Source of the DNA: Phallusia mammillata
Taxonomy: Eukaryota
Direction: 5' to 3'
Length of the DNA: 64,000 bases
NCBI GenBank assembly: GCA_965637545.1
Contig: OZ281498.1
Span: forward strand, 8,556,001 to 8,620,000
In this document: positions 34,801 through 45,789 of the stretch, piece by piece
How positions within the stretch are numbered: the first letter of the stretch is position 1
Layout: each line of letters starts with the position of its first letter
Made by a program: the position numbers and the translations under genes
Notes under the pieces: generated by a model
Told to the model about the DNA's origin: nothing
Seen by the model: the letters and a program-made list of their open reading frames with translations, nothing else
Databases searched by the model: none

Positions 34801-37800
34801 AAACATACAACGCCCAGTTATAGGAACACTGATACATAAGTACGTGTTTCAAATTGGGCTTCGCTACTTTAAAATATTTTTTTATAAGTATGATGGTATT
34901 GCATGATAACAAAGTTGCAGACAGAACACAATGTCACTTTACCAGCCTACGGTCAATGTCTCATCACCAGCTGCACTGATAAGACCTTATCGGTTGAAAC
35001 AGTGTACACTGTCTGCATATTTGTTTTTTAAAGGTCCCTTTAATAGTGCCCATCTTCTAACGTTAAATGTGTGTATTTAGGGACTCACCTTTGTGCGACG
35101 AAGAACTGATTTCGGAAATTTCTCAGCTAGTTGTTCTACTACTGCTGTGTGACCTGCAAAGTTAAATTGTTGGATTACTTAACAGTACGCATCGTTAACC
35201 CGACGTTAGACGTTCAAAGTCATTATTTCGTTTTGTACACAACAGTCAAGCATTTTCTCCATTATTCACATTTTAAATTGCCAAAATATTTCACTGCAAT
35301 ATGAAAATAGAGCTGAAACTCTCCCCTGTAATATTATGGACCAATGACAAAAACAGGAGCAGAAATAGCCACTTAGTTAAAAACATGCATGTGAGTATGC
35401 TTGTTTGCTGTAGCATTAAGTATCTATTCTGGGTATAGCGCGTTCAGGTGTTGGCACCGTTCGACGAATGGGAACAAAATAAACAACGTTGATCATTTGA
35501 CATTAAACCAGGGCTGTCAGATTCATTTTCGTGCGGGGGGGCATAATCACCTACTAGTTTTTACGCCAGGCAGAATTGGTAGCAGTCACTTTTTAGTACA
35601 CACGATATTTGTAATGTTTCAAGTACAATAAGCGTAAATTGACGAAGTATAGACCCAGTACCGGCAATTTTAGAAAAGCAAAAAGTTTCTAACCGTTACA
35701 GAAACGAAAAACACGGCACCGACAGCAAAATATAAGAGCATGGGCCGATTTTGACCCACAGGTCGCCAGTTTGACACCCCTGCTGTAAATGACTTGCAGA
35801 CTAAATACAACCTAAAGCCGTTGATGGAAACGCAGTGTGTGGTAAACGATGGTGGAAAGTCAAACAATTCACAAACAGCTTTCCCATTTATCACCCGTCT
35901 GTCGTAAAGCTCTTATTTAGTCAACATTAAATGTCGTAATCTGATCAAATTCGCGCCTACATGTTACGGGTGATTAAAATTATGGGTAAGCATTGTGGGG
36001 GGTTTCTATAAACTGATGGCAATGCAATTAAATTTACAATTTTAAGCAGATTTTTGCTTTAAAGTGGGTCTTATTAAAGTTATGTTTATGCGCACAGCTT
36101 CGCCGATACGGTGTTTTTTGTTTGTTACTCTATAAGTATTCAATTGTTGGTTTATTTTTAATTTTGCAAAGCTTATTTAAACCTTTAATTTAAACGTTTT
36201 TACAAAACCATTGTCATAATCAAAAACAAAACTGTGGGAGAGCTTGTATGAAATAGTTTTTTCCAGGCGTGTCTCAAAAAAAGCTAGAGCGACATTGCCC
36301 CAAACCAATGGAATCAGAATGGTTCAACAAAATTGTAACCAACTTCGTAAAAACATAAAAAAATCAACGGACAAGCAATATAGCAGGTAGATCGAAGGTA
36401 TAAAGCATTTAAGCGTTGCCCACCCACAAGGATAAAAAACAAGCACAGTACGTTTTTATGGTAACCCTACCATGTAATTGAAATTTGTACCTTTAACCGC
36501 AGCAATGTGTAGAGCAGTTCGTTCCAAATGATCAACAAGGTCAGGATTTGCTTTATGTGCGTACAGACACTCGATAATTAGGCTGTCACCCATCGAAGCA
36601 GCAACGTGAAGAGCTGTGGTCCCCTCTTTCTAGACACAAGATACATTTCGCTTGGTTACAACAAGAAATACAAATGGTTTGTTATAATCTTAACTGTGCT
36701 GTTAAACGGACGTTGATTTTGGTCATGACTTGTATAAATGAAATCAGCTAATTTGTCGTTCATGTTTAATTTCTTCAAAAAGCTTTAAGAAACGACCCGA
36801 CGATCCCCTACTACGAAGCTGTCATATGTGCAGCATACGAGGCAGGAAATGGTGCTTGTAATGCGACTTTCGACGTGTTCTCCACTGAGCCTGTGTAGCT
36901 CAGTTGGTAGAGCGCGAGTTCCGGAAAGGCTCCTGTCGTATGCTCGAATCTCACCGCAAGCCAATTTTTTCTATCCTACGCCTTGCCAAATGAAAATGCT
37001 GGGTGACCGGGTGACCGGGTGATTCGGTCAACAGGTCTAGGGTACTGTGATTTACATATGAGTGTGCCGTGAACGCTGGTCTTCATAAACGCTTCAGGGC
37101 CGGTCCCAGGTCTAAATTTACGTTATTCAGTTTAAGTAGAGACTTACGTTATTCAGTTTAAGTAGAGAATTTGGGTAGACGCTCTCACACTTTTATTAAC
37201 CAAACCTCTTACGTTTTGAACATTGACGAGGGATCCCTTCTTGCAGAAGAGTCGAACCATTTCAGCGTCTCTTCTCTCGCACGCCATATGCAGCACAGTG
37301 TTGCCTGTCACCGGATTCTGGTATCTCAGTTGTTCCTCGGCATACTGACTCAACAAATCCCGGTATGCACCTTGGTTGTTCGCCTCAATGGCATAAAACA
37401 GTGGAATCTTTCCATTCTGTGCAATGTTTGAGTAAAGGTTGCTATGGTTCAAAAACACGAGACAACGTTTTTTAAAGTAGCTTGATAAAACATATCAAGA
37501 AAACAGCATTTTTTTCATTGCTGGTGCTTTTTAGTAAGTGCCACAAGAAATTTGAGAAGCAATGCATTAGAACTTTAGCTCAAAGTGTGTCGGTAGACCT
37601 AGTAACATAAGAACTCACAACAGACAAAGTTGACTTAACCGATGAATGGCGTAAAAAGCAGAGTTATTTGACATTGAGCCTGGGATAGGGTTAGGAACTG
37701 AATCTAACGTTATGTATTAAGTTTAGGGATTAGGTTTGTTATTTTTATCAAGGAACTTTACCTCAACCCTTATCGTCAGCATTTTCACACAATTTGAATA

Positions 37801-40800
37801 TTCGCAAATGCTCTTTACGCAATCTGTTAGTATTTAGGAAACTTTGTCTGTTGTGAGTTTTTATGTTAGTAACCTCTACCGAAAGGGTCACAAAGCTTTT
37901 TGCATTGAGTTCAAATACTAAAACTGTACTGTCTTTGTAGTGGTAAACAAATTGATCGTACATTCGAAAATGGACAAACAAACACTAAAGTGGCTTACAC
38001 CTCGCTGTTGCGCACCTTTTTATCTATCGGTTTTATGCGACGTTTGTTTCGTACCTGACTTATCATTATTTCACAGTGTATATAAATGGGTGTAACTGAT
38101 GTGGCCCGGTATGTTACTGGTGATGGCATGAGCATTTGTCAAATCGTTTGAAAAATAACGCATGTCGTTTTTTAAGTCTATTTGGGCCGTTGTTTTCATC
38201 ATTAAACACTAAAGTATATTCAAACAAATGTGACCTTTTTAACAAACATTTATTCGATGACACCGCCTCCAGATTAATAGTCAAATCATTTTTCCCGTAA
38301 CCCACTCACAAAAAAACAGCCTAGGCCTTTAAAGCTTCAGCAAACAACGACAAGGCAACGACTAATCCCTTGATGCTAGACTTGCCCGAAATGCAGACCA
38401 CAAAGCAAATCCACTGATCCTTCATTTCTGACTCGGGAATTACTTATTACGTCTCTGTGGCGCCGTTCCTACAGCTGATATGTCAAATTTCTCGCACCCC
38501 TGTAGGTGGCTTCAATGTACACTCTAATACAATCACATTGGCTGCTTATTTTGAAACATTTGCTTGGCATGGGTGACAACAGTGTAAAGGGTATTCAAAT
38601 GTTTTGCACTAAGATGTCATAAAACAGGGTTGTGCAACCCGCGGCCCTTTGGCAAATGTTTTAAGGCCCGTATAGACGTTTGGATTTTAAACGAATGTGG
38701 TATTTTAACTATTTTAGTGCAGAACTAGCGAGGGATTTGAAATCTTCGTTTGTTTTTGAGCAGATCAATGTAGGTCCGGTGCTTTTTGTAAGTCTTAACA
38801 TGCGAAAAAAATATAAAATATCAGAAATATATCAGAAAAAATACTCTATCTTTGACGAGAACATATCTCTCGTCACCAGCTGCACTGACGAAACCTTTAT
38901 AGGTCGAAACAGTGTGCACTGTCTGCAGCTTATCATTTATTGGGTTGATGCTTTTACATAAAAATACTACATCTGAATAAGGTATTAAAAGTGACTCAAA
39001 CATGTAATTAAAATCTGTTTTTTGACTAATTTTGCGAACCTTGACTATAATCAAATTTTTATCCAGTGTTCAGTTTCCTAAAATGACTGAAGATGCAATA
39101 CGAAACATGTTTGATGCGTTTGCGTGCATTAAATACTTATTATGAAGATTTGAAACCACCAATAGGAGAAGCAAATTTGATCACGTGACAACAAGATTTT
39201 CTGACGTGGCAATTAAATTATAGTAACAGCTAGATAGAGATTCAAATTTGTTTGATTTGGAAAATAACAAATCAATAACAAAACACTTATGTGTCGAACA
39301 ATCAATTTTAAATGAATGTTACCCATTCCAGGCGATGCTGTTTGAATTATTTAAGGTTTAAATGAAATTGGAATGCTATTTTTGAAATACATTTGACATA
39401 CTTTATCTTGTCACAGGTCTCTGTTTCGCTTTTTTGTTTATAAACCTTTACAACGTAACATTTATGGTAAATGCTATGTCGTTTTGTTTTAACTTGATTC
39501 AACTAAAACTTAACAGAATAGAGAACATGCGATCCCCTATACTACGAAGCTGACAAAGTGCAGCATACAAGGTAGGCAAGGTAAGGTTCCTCGTGGGTTC
39601 ATTTCACCGCAAGAAAAATGTTTTTAGCCTATACCTTGCCATATGAATGCCTTGAAGACCGACTTGATTCGTAATGACACCTTTATTATGCCTTAAGGCC
39701 TAATTAGGTCTGGCGTATTATGAAAAGTAAAAAGAGATTTGATGTCGCAGCACTTACCCCGTCTGGTTCGATTCTCAGTATTTTAGGCGTGCTTCTGAGT
39801 AAAGCTTGTGTAACAGCGGCTGAATTATTTCCAGACCTTGCACAAGCCATGTGGAGAGGTAACTGTTGTTTCTCCTGGAAACATAAAGATCTCATAAGAA
39901 TTTTTTTTAGGTAGAAGTGGTTGAAAAACATGACTCTGATTTGTATTGGCTGAAATGATTGGCAAAAGTAATAGTTTGACATTTATATTTAAACGTTGGT
40001 TAGGTTTTATTTAAACATCCAGCAAAATTCTGACAAATACATTTATCTCAAAACAATTGTTCAGTTTATTTCATATGACACATAAAGATTCGAAATGGTG
40101 GGAAGTTATATATTGTATTACAACAGAAATATAACAAATGCTATCCACTAATAATCCAATAGTTTAATTCAGCTTGATTATTTCATACAAATTATCGCGT
40201 ACGAACGCCAGGCAACGATATGGCCGAGTGCCTTAAAACATTCTCGCAAAAAATAGTCACACCTACCCCGCCCTTAAGACTGAGATCAGCTCTCTTCTTG
40301 ATGAGGATGTTGACAATGTCCTCTCTCCCAGTGGCCACAGCAAAATGAATTGCTGCTTGTCCATCCTAGTGCAACATAACACTATGTTAAAAGTTTGCAC
40401 TCTACACAACATGGCCAATTGCGGCAGCTCGAGTTACAACCAAAAAAGCCTTAACATCAAGTTACTTTTTGCTAAGGTTATCTATTTTTGTTAAAGAATA
40501 CAAACAAATCAACAAAATTTCAGCTCTTCCGGCAGTTTTTTTATTCTAATATGCCAACGTTTCGATGTCCCATACGAAACACCTTCATCAGGGTAATGAC
40601 ATAAATTGCAAACACAAGTATTACAAAAACAAATATTGAACTAGAAGGGTGGCTTTCTGATATACTTCCATTTTATATATTCTATACGATATTTACCAAT
40701 TTACTATACACATCATTTGATCTACACATATGATTGTTTTTGTAAACAAAAACTAATGGGTCCCCACACGCGTGTTTGTGCGGATTTACGGTAAACAAAT

Positions 40801-43800
40801 GTTGCGGTGACTTTTAGATTTTTAAGGACAAATTTTTAGAAAGCATTAACCCAACAATAAACATTTTTTGTTCGTATTCTTTTTGCACTATTATTGTCAT
40901 TTAATTACAAAAACATTAAAAAAGAACGAAACAAATACTTCAATTTAATTTCTTGCTTTGACCCAGATATTGTCGTCCAAGGTCGGGTTTTAAACACATT
41001 TTTTTCAAGAAAGCTGTAACAGTTGTGTTACAGACACTTTAAATTAAAAAGCAATTTGCTACAAGTGTACACATAATAATTCGTTTTTCATTTAACTTTG
41101 TTTCGCAAAACCATTGACCTGTAGTAACCTCTCAGGGTGCAACGACTGTTTGACCTATTGACACCGTTTTCAATAGCACGCCGTCCTTACTGTTCAACAA
41201 CACCGTTTAACCTAATTTATACATGCCTTGAGTGTTGATTCCTAAATTTATTGCCAAAAAAACGCTACGTTATGACGAAAGAAAGTTCTGAACTGTGTTA
41301 GTAATACCTACTAGTTGACCTTAAGTAACCCGTGGTCATGCGGCGGCCGACCTGACAACGAGCATTTAAAAATACACATTTATCTTGCAAAAATGTCAAG
41401 TTTATTTTTTCAACTTTATTTTGATTAACAAGTTTTGCTTGACATATACGAAACCGAAGCACGCTTATTAGGTTTAAATCACGTCATAGGTGTGAAACCT
41501 TTGCCAAAACTAAAAATGTGAGTGATAACTTAATAAAACGAAATAGCATTGCTGTGCAAAACAGCTGATTTCTGATCACCAAAACGACGTCTCGTAAAAC
41601 GTCTGTCCGACGTCAAGCTGAGCCCTCCTGCTATCGTAAACCAGTGAGTTACTCTCTTGGGACTTCTGCCTACAGTGTCTTTCTTGACCAAACGAGCGTT
41701 AGACACATTTACATTTCGGGGGCCTGTGGGTGAACCGCTGGGTAATTTGGGGTCAAACTTCTGGAGGATCAAGTTTGGATTAATAACTAACATATGTCCA
41801 AATTTGAATAAATCTGAAGCACTCTTTCTTTACCAAACGAGCGTTACAAACCAGCGTTAAAAATTTTACGTTTCGGGGGCCTGTGGGTGAACCCCTGGGT
41901 CATTCAGGGTCAAACTTCAGGAGGATCAAATTTTGATTAATAACTAACATCTGACAAAATTTAAACAAATTTGAAGCACTCTTTCTTGACCAAACGCATA
42001 TAACAAACCATGTTTTAAAAATTTTGCATTTTGGGGGCCTGTGGGTGAACCGCTGGGTCAATCGGGGTCAAACTTCAGGAGGATCAAATTTAGATTAATA
42101 ACTAACATCTGTGCAAATTTGAATAAATTTGAAGCACTCTTTCTTAACCAAACGCGTCTAACAAGCCAGCGTTAGACAGAAAAAAGAAAAAAGAAAAAAA
42201 AATACGGACAAAAACAATATGTGTCCCCTTCAGGGAAGGGGACCCATAATTATGTAAAGCAAGGAATTGTTTTTGTTTAAAAAATGCAGTGGGTATGTTT
42301 TTCCTGGATCGAAACATGGTGATTGAAATGTTTAAAATCACTAAAGAATGACCAAATCGTATTACAATTGACATTGCATGCTAAACAATTTTGAAGGACT
42401 CCACATGAGTGAATGTCCCCTCTAAACCCTAATCAATAGTTAGAAAATATTTTGACTTTAGTTGACGGATACAAAGACTTTTACGACTCTTGTTCAGCCG
42501 AGTCAAAGGTCGTTTAGCGGCTTATGCACGTGATTTCATATAAGCTGAGTCAAGCTGACCAGTCACACATTGCACATGTCATATCTTCAGATCAACATGC
42601 TATAAACGTGACCCAGCCTTTTTACTTGTCTTATTTGGCAGACCGGCGCCGCCATAAACATTTATAGGCAAAAATAGACGCGAATTGTAAGCATTACATC
42701 AGGATAACAGCATGGGCGTCCGCAGGAAAAAATACAGGGGAGGGCAAACTATCGTCACATCGCCGTTCGATAAACGGTATTTCAGAACAAAAATCATCTG
42801 ACAGTGCGCCCCCTCTTGCCCCCCGCTGCGGACGCCGATGGATAACAGGTTTTAGGTGGAACGTTGAATAGTTTTAATATTTGATTGATTTATGTTTACA
42901 AGGCTGTGGATAACAAATTAAATGTTTGTATAGCTTCCTAGTCAAACAAATCTACGGGTGTAACAGCTTTATAGAACTCAAAAAATGTAAAAAGAGGCGA
43001 CATTTGGTGACATACGGTGGTAAAACATTATTTAAATGCGATGTTTTTGGATGAACAATTTTTTTTCACGGGATTTGAACCCGAGGACGAATCCCAATTT
43101 CGCGAATAAAATATGTTTACATCTGTGACGCGTCGTGTGCAGATTGTTTGTTTAATCGGTGGCATTTGTTAAACCGATATTCTTTCCGACTTTCTGAACG
43201 CACTAATTTTCACAGTTCCCACTTTTGTGGAACATTTATCCCCGTTTCGGAACATCCCACAAAAAGTCTAATTTTATCAAATGTGTTTTGATCATGACCA
43301 ATTTAAACCAAATTTACAACGTTTTATTTATTAGTTTATTTACAAAAGTACAATGCAATGTTATATCCAATGTTTCAACTAGCACTAAATTCAAAACTAC
43401 CTTAGGCGTTTTGTCTATACAATAAACCACGGTTAAACCGGTTTCGGTTAATCTGGATTTTCGCCTAATTCGGACAAAACTTGAGGTACAAATGATTTGT
43501 AATGTGGTAATATTTAACTAATCGACATCGGTCAATCCAGATGTTCGCCTAATCCGGATAATATATGTTTGGTCCAAACGGGTCAAAATAACCATGTTTT
43601 TTTGTAGTTGATACTGGATATGCCGTAAAACGGCAAAAAGCCTATATAGTAATGACTGCTGACTGTTAAATTAAAAAAAACTTAGGATGTTGCATTCAAA
43701 ATAAATCTGCACATTGGAATGACAAGCCTTGGGCCCAATTTAAACTATTTCTTTACTTTGCATGATCCAAAGACTGCGGTATGACGCACATTTGACATTG

Positions 43801-45789
43801 TACGAATACATTGGTATTGACGGCTTTTGGGTTTAGTTAAACATTCCAAAGTCCTTTGGGGAGTTTGCTATTCAATTTGTCCTGAAAATCGCACCGAGGC
43901 AAACAAAAGTGCCACTGGTCTCAGTTGAACAAATTGAGGTGTGGCATAACACAGCTTTGTGAACTTGGTCGCTTAAAGCAACGCTATGCAAATAAAGCCG
44001 TTATCTGGTTTCGTGAAAGGAATTTAGGAACAAAATAAATCTAGAGGCTTTTTGCATAAAATCATTCCAGTCCAACTAAAGAATAAAAATTAATAGAACG
44101 GCAAGAAAGAGTTGGAATAATAAGCCCAAACTGTACAGAAAAAGTCCTATGTTTTCGCTAGCAGTCTTTGAGAAATTTTTAAAAGAAATGTAAGTTACGA
44201 TCAAATACTATAACTTCTTTAAAAGCGCCACACACAAAAACCCAAAAAGATATTTTTGCGTTATTAACGTAATTTGTAAATATGAAGCAGATGCAGTAGT
44301 ATGTAACCCATACGTTTAGCAGCATATAATATCAAACCACACAGAAAAAGTTAAATCATGGCCTTGTGAGCTGTTGTGGCACAATCTATCTTGATTTTAA
44401 CTTAATAGGTCTCATTTTTTAACACTTTACCAGGTGTGACACAAATGTATCACAAAAAACTAAATCACTGTTAAAATCAAGAGCTTATCTACTCACCCTT
44501 GCTCTGTCGTTGACATTTACACCCATCTCGACCAATCTTTCAACAATTACGATTCTGTTGTCACGTGATGCCAGCATTAATGGGTTTAACCCGGTTTTCT
44601 GGAAAATAAAAATCAACTTCAAAACGTGCAATATATAATATAAAAGTCGAAAGTTCGTGAAAAGTTGATTGGTGAGTTTAAATCCGCCGTTTGTACTCTG
44701 TAATATACTCTGTAAATTCAGCAACATTTAATTGTTAACGTTCATTGTTTAATTTCAACCCTTTTTGTCACGGGAACCCAGGACGCTCTCAAGGACGAAT
44801 CTCAATCAAAATTTTGATGTCTGTACTCTGCATACATGTTTCTGCCCTTCAATCAGTGGTGGGATTCAGTCAGTTCGCACCGGTTCTATAGAACCGTCTC
44901 ACGGAATTTATGAGATCAGCAAACCGGTTAGCATTACTGGTTACTGTCAATGGACTTTTTGTAACAGAACTGAAAAATATGACTTTTGTGATAGAACCAG
45001 CCACAAAAATTTTAAATCCCACCACTGCCTTCAATTAACCCTACCCCAAATCTAAGCTATTTCTCTGGTTATCGCCATGATGTGACCGCTAAAATAACTT
45101 ACATCATCAACAACAAACAACTTGGGGTCAGATTTGGCCATATACCGGAGGGCTACATCCACTTGCGTCCATTCACGTTTTAAGGCCAAATTTAAAAGTC
45201 TACTGTTTGCGTCACCCACTGGCACCGTGGCAGCTGTACTGGCACGTGATAAAATTGGAACTTGGTTCGTAGAGGTCCGGGTACTGGTTTCGGTCCTAGT
45301 ACTCTTGGTTGGCCCGGACATGGTTGAGTAGGTCGAACCGGTATAGTATGACGTCGCGCTACCCGGTAACGATCCGGTTCGATTCGTTTCGCCATCGCTC
45401 GTCGCTAATGTAGAAACCGAAGAGACGCGCCGAATTAGCTCTTTGCCTACTTCGGTGTCATGTGACTTTGCGGATGACTGGTCTTCGGATTTTCCGATCT
45501 CGGGTAACGAAACGTCATTTTCCGAAGCTACTTCTTGTCTTTCAGATATAGACGAGAGTTCGGTCTTTACTTCTGCAGCCCGTCTTGCTGTTTTTTTGCC
45601 AATGGATTCTGCGCTTGTCGATCGGTGCCGAATGTTAGCTTTGTCGCCAATCGCCGCCTTTGATTTGCTTTTTAGACTTAGTTGTTTCTTAGCAACGGCC
45701 TGGGCTTCGCCTTTGCTTTGCGGTTCAGGTTGATTGGAGTCAGTCAGTCCGTCATCTTTTTCCGCATCGTCGTTTTGTTTCTTCTCCAT
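17582..45789 (-). CDS. nompC: NOMPC/TRPN1 ankyrin-repeat mechanosensory TRP channel, about 1907 aa, 36 coding exons
   Basis: Phase-consistent exons, 5'->3': 45103-45789, 44497-44598, 40267-40365, 39758-39874, 37213-37416, 36491-36629, 35089-35153, 34645-34747, 34235-34329, 33934-34078, 33390-33547, 32427-32555, 31630-31764, 30907-31023, 30407-30505, 29891-30103, 29274-29372, 28769-28975, 28296-28397, 27748-27927, 27215-27313, 26868-26975, 26179-26376, 25505-25651, 24649-25007, 24065-24200, 23169-23330, 22639-22797, 21994-22163, 21434-21524, 20866-20941, 19875-20104, 19612-19747, 19424-19539 (acceptor least certain), 18834-18974, 17582-17782. Motifs matching NOMPC: DGSTLMHIAS..GH.DTA..FLKRGVPLHMPNKSGA, EFVLAS.APIDTAAKLS, LFGPWTIII, VLINLLIAMMSDTYQRIQAQSDTEWKFG, VVDW..I..KY. 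Confidence 0.95.
17800..18130 (-). mobile_element. Tandem dimer of tRNA-derived SINE family S1
   Basis: Two units, each with box A (GTGTAGCTCAGTTGGTAG) and box B (GGGTTCGAATCCCAC), followed by the family body (CCTATGCCTTGCCATA...GATTCGGTATGACGCC...CTGGCGTAC). Confidence 0.8.
18379..18421 (-). ncRNA. Minimal type I hammerhead ribozyme (Penelope-type, family H2), sense to nompC
   Basis: AAGATA-CTGACGA-T-GCT GTAAT AGC-GAAA-T ATAT A TA-TATCTT: 6-bp stem I, 3-bp stem II, 2-bp stem III with palindromic loop, AUA triplet. Confidence 0.82.
18442..18486 (+). ncRNA. Minimal type I hammerhead ribozyme (family H2), antisense to nompC
   Basis: AAGATA(18442-47)-CTGACGA(18448-54)-T-GCT GTAAT AGC-GAAA(18467-70)-TA TATA TA TA-TATCTT(18481-86). 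AUA triplet; predicted cleavage after 18480. Confidence 0.82.
19196..19234 (+). ncRNA. Minimal type I hammerhead ribozyme (family H2 variant)
   Basis: GGAA-CTGATGA(19200-06)-T-GCC ACATA GGC-GAAA(19219-22)-T ATAT A TA-TTCC. All core nucleotides intact. An inverted half-core (CTGATGATGGTACC on the minus strand) lies at about 19085-19100. Confidence 0.85.
20190..20530. mobile_element. Cluster of S1 SINE pieces in opposite orientations
   Basis: Minus-strand head (box A/B) at about 20455-20525 with its body to 20365; plus-strand body at 20260-20345 (tail-to-tail); minus-strand 3' tail CTGGTCTGCATAG...CGCTTCAGGGCTGCTCCCAG at 20200-20245. Confidence 0.75.
22248..22477 (+). mobile_element. H1 hammerhead element copy B, core disrupted by an A-run
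   Basis: Inverted termini TGTAAAAGAATCGAGTCAATAAATGATAAGCTGCAGACAGTGCACAC / GTGTGCATTGTCTGCAGCTTATCATTTTTTGGCGCGATGCTTTTACA. Hammerhead at 22376-22449 has GAAAC replaced by GA-GTTT-A20-C. Confidence 0.88.
23482..23769 (+). mobile_element. Decayed H1 hammerhead copy C, split by a hAT MITE
   Basis: AGCTGTA-CTGATGA-GACCTTATA-AGTG-ATAA-AGTGTACAC [MITE] GTGTACAC-TGCC-TGTAGCT. The GAAAC and GTC positions are already mutated. Confidence 0.75.
23522..23750. mobile_element. hAT-Charlie-like MITE, 229 bp
   Basis: TIRs CAGGGCTGTCAAAC / GTTGGACACCACTA; perfect 8-bp TSD GTGTACAC (23514-23521 and 23751-23758). Confidence 0.85.
23865..23977. mobile_element. Rearranged H1 fragment
   Basis: GGTCTCATCAGTG (minus-strand half core) fused directly to TGCACTGTCTGCAGCTTAT (plus-strand 3' half). 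Confidence 0.6.
25765..25825 (-). mobile_element. S1 SINE head fragment
   Basis: CGGTGGGATTCGAATCCACGAAAGGAGCC is the reverse complement of the S1 box B region. Confidence 0.6.
26410..26520 (+). mobile_element. tRNA-derived SINE family S2 head
   Basis: TTGGCCGAATGGTCCGGCGCACCTGA...GGATTCGAACCCCGAG; homologous copy at 28430-28530. Confidence 0.7.
27395..27525 (+). mobile_element. 3' half of S1 SINE
   Basis: GGGAATGCTTGGAAGACCGG...GTCGCTGGTCTGCATGAACACTTCAGGGCTGATCCCAG matches the tails at 37070-37110, 20200-20245 (-) and 58640-58680 (-). Confidence 0.75.
28430..28750 (+). mobile_element. S2 SINE head plus shared SINE/LINE 3' tail
   Basis: Head TTGGCCGAATGGTCTGGCGCGCC...GGGTTCGAACCCCGAG. Tail ATTGTGAGCATAA...CGTTGCCCGCCCACCGAGGATAAA is also seen at about 36410-36445 and 57070-57120. 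Confidence 0.7.
31794..31822. repeat. Poly-T run (29 nt)
   Basis: Uninterrupted T run in a nompC intron, just upstream (on the minus strand) of the acceptor at 31765. Confidence 0.95.
32645..32960. repeat. Degenerate array of about 15-nt subrepeats (ATTTCATCGCAGAAAG-like), partly inverted
   Basis: Many TTTCATCGCA/TTTCGTC units, with reverse-orientation GCGATGAAATTA units at the right end; typical of a non-autonomous DNA transposon interior. Confidence 0.65.
34912..35020 (+). mobile_element. H1 hammerhead element copy D (core CUGAUAA)
   Basis: AGCTGCA-CTGATAA-GACC TTATC GGTT-GAAAC AGTGTACACT GTC-TGCA at 34969-35017. G8->A core change. Short inverted arm TTGCAGACAG at the left end. Confidence 0.85.
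35509..35782. mobile_element. hAT-Charlie-like MITE
   Basis: TIRs CAGGGCTGTCAGA / TTTGACACCCCTG; TSD decayed (CATTAAAC vs CTGTAAAT). Confidence 0.7.
36795..37110 (+). mobile_element. Full-length S1 SINE with 5' leader
   Basis: Leader CGATCCCCTACTACGAAGCTG..GTGCAGCATACGAGG, box A TGTAGCTCAGTTGGTAGAGCGC, box B-like GCTCGAATCTC, family body, and tail CGCTTCAGGGCCGGTCCCAG. Confidence 0.8.
38864..38958 (+). mobile_element. H1 hammerhead element copy E (hammerhead 38878-38930)
   Basis: AGCTGCA-CTGACGA-AACCT TTAT AGGTC-GAAAC AGTGTGCACT GTC-TGCAGCT followed by tail TATCATTTATTGGGTTGATGCTTTTACA. Perfect stems I and III; A-C mismatch at the base of stem II. Confidence 0.9.
39528..39720 (+). mobile_element. 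Internally deleted S1 SINE with 5' leader
   Basis: GCGATCCCCTATACTACGAAGCTGACAAAGTGCAGCATACAAGG followed by a box B remnant and the family body. Confidence 0.7.
40551..40599 (-). ncRNA. Penelope-type minimal hammerhead (family H3), weakened stem I
   Basis: Minus strand: ATTACC-CTGATGA-A-GGTGT TTCGTATGGG ACATC-GAAAC GTT-GGCAT. Loop-less AC/GT stem III as in Penelope pLTR hammerheads; only 2 contiguous bp in stem I. Confidence 0.6.
41650..42250. repeat. About 3.3 copies of a 157-bp satellite, probably inside a Helentron-like non-autonomous element
   Basis: GGCCTGTGGGTGAACC recurs at 41721, 41878 and 42036. The array ends in AAAACAATATGTGTCCCCTTCAGGGAAGGGGACCCATAATT, a terminal hairpin of the Helentron/DINE type (family call is inference). 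A related fragment lies at about 32030-32100. Confidence 0.75.
42711..42840. mobile_element. hAT MITE, 130 bp
   Basis: TIRs CATGGGCGTCCGCAG / CTGCGGACGCCGATG; perfect 8-bp TSD GATAACAG. Confidence 0.9.
44854..45027. mobile_element. hAT MITE, 174 bp
   Basis: TIRs CAGTGGTGGGATT / AATCCCACCACTG; perfect 8-bp TSD CCTTCAAT. Confidence 0.9.

Noticed and set aside
37095-37110. GCCGGTCCCAG as a twister ribozyme core
   Set aside because: Other copies of this SINE tail read GCTGATCCCAG or GCTGCTCCCAG, and the remaining twister elements are absent.
39083-39120. CTGAAGATGCAATACGAAACATGT as another hammerhead
   Set aside because: Stem II cannot form properly, and no NUH triplet with a matching stem I follows; at best a very decayed relic.
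41650-42180. CRISPR-like array
   Set aside because: Whole units repeat with no unique spacers, and the context is eukaryotic; it is a satellite.
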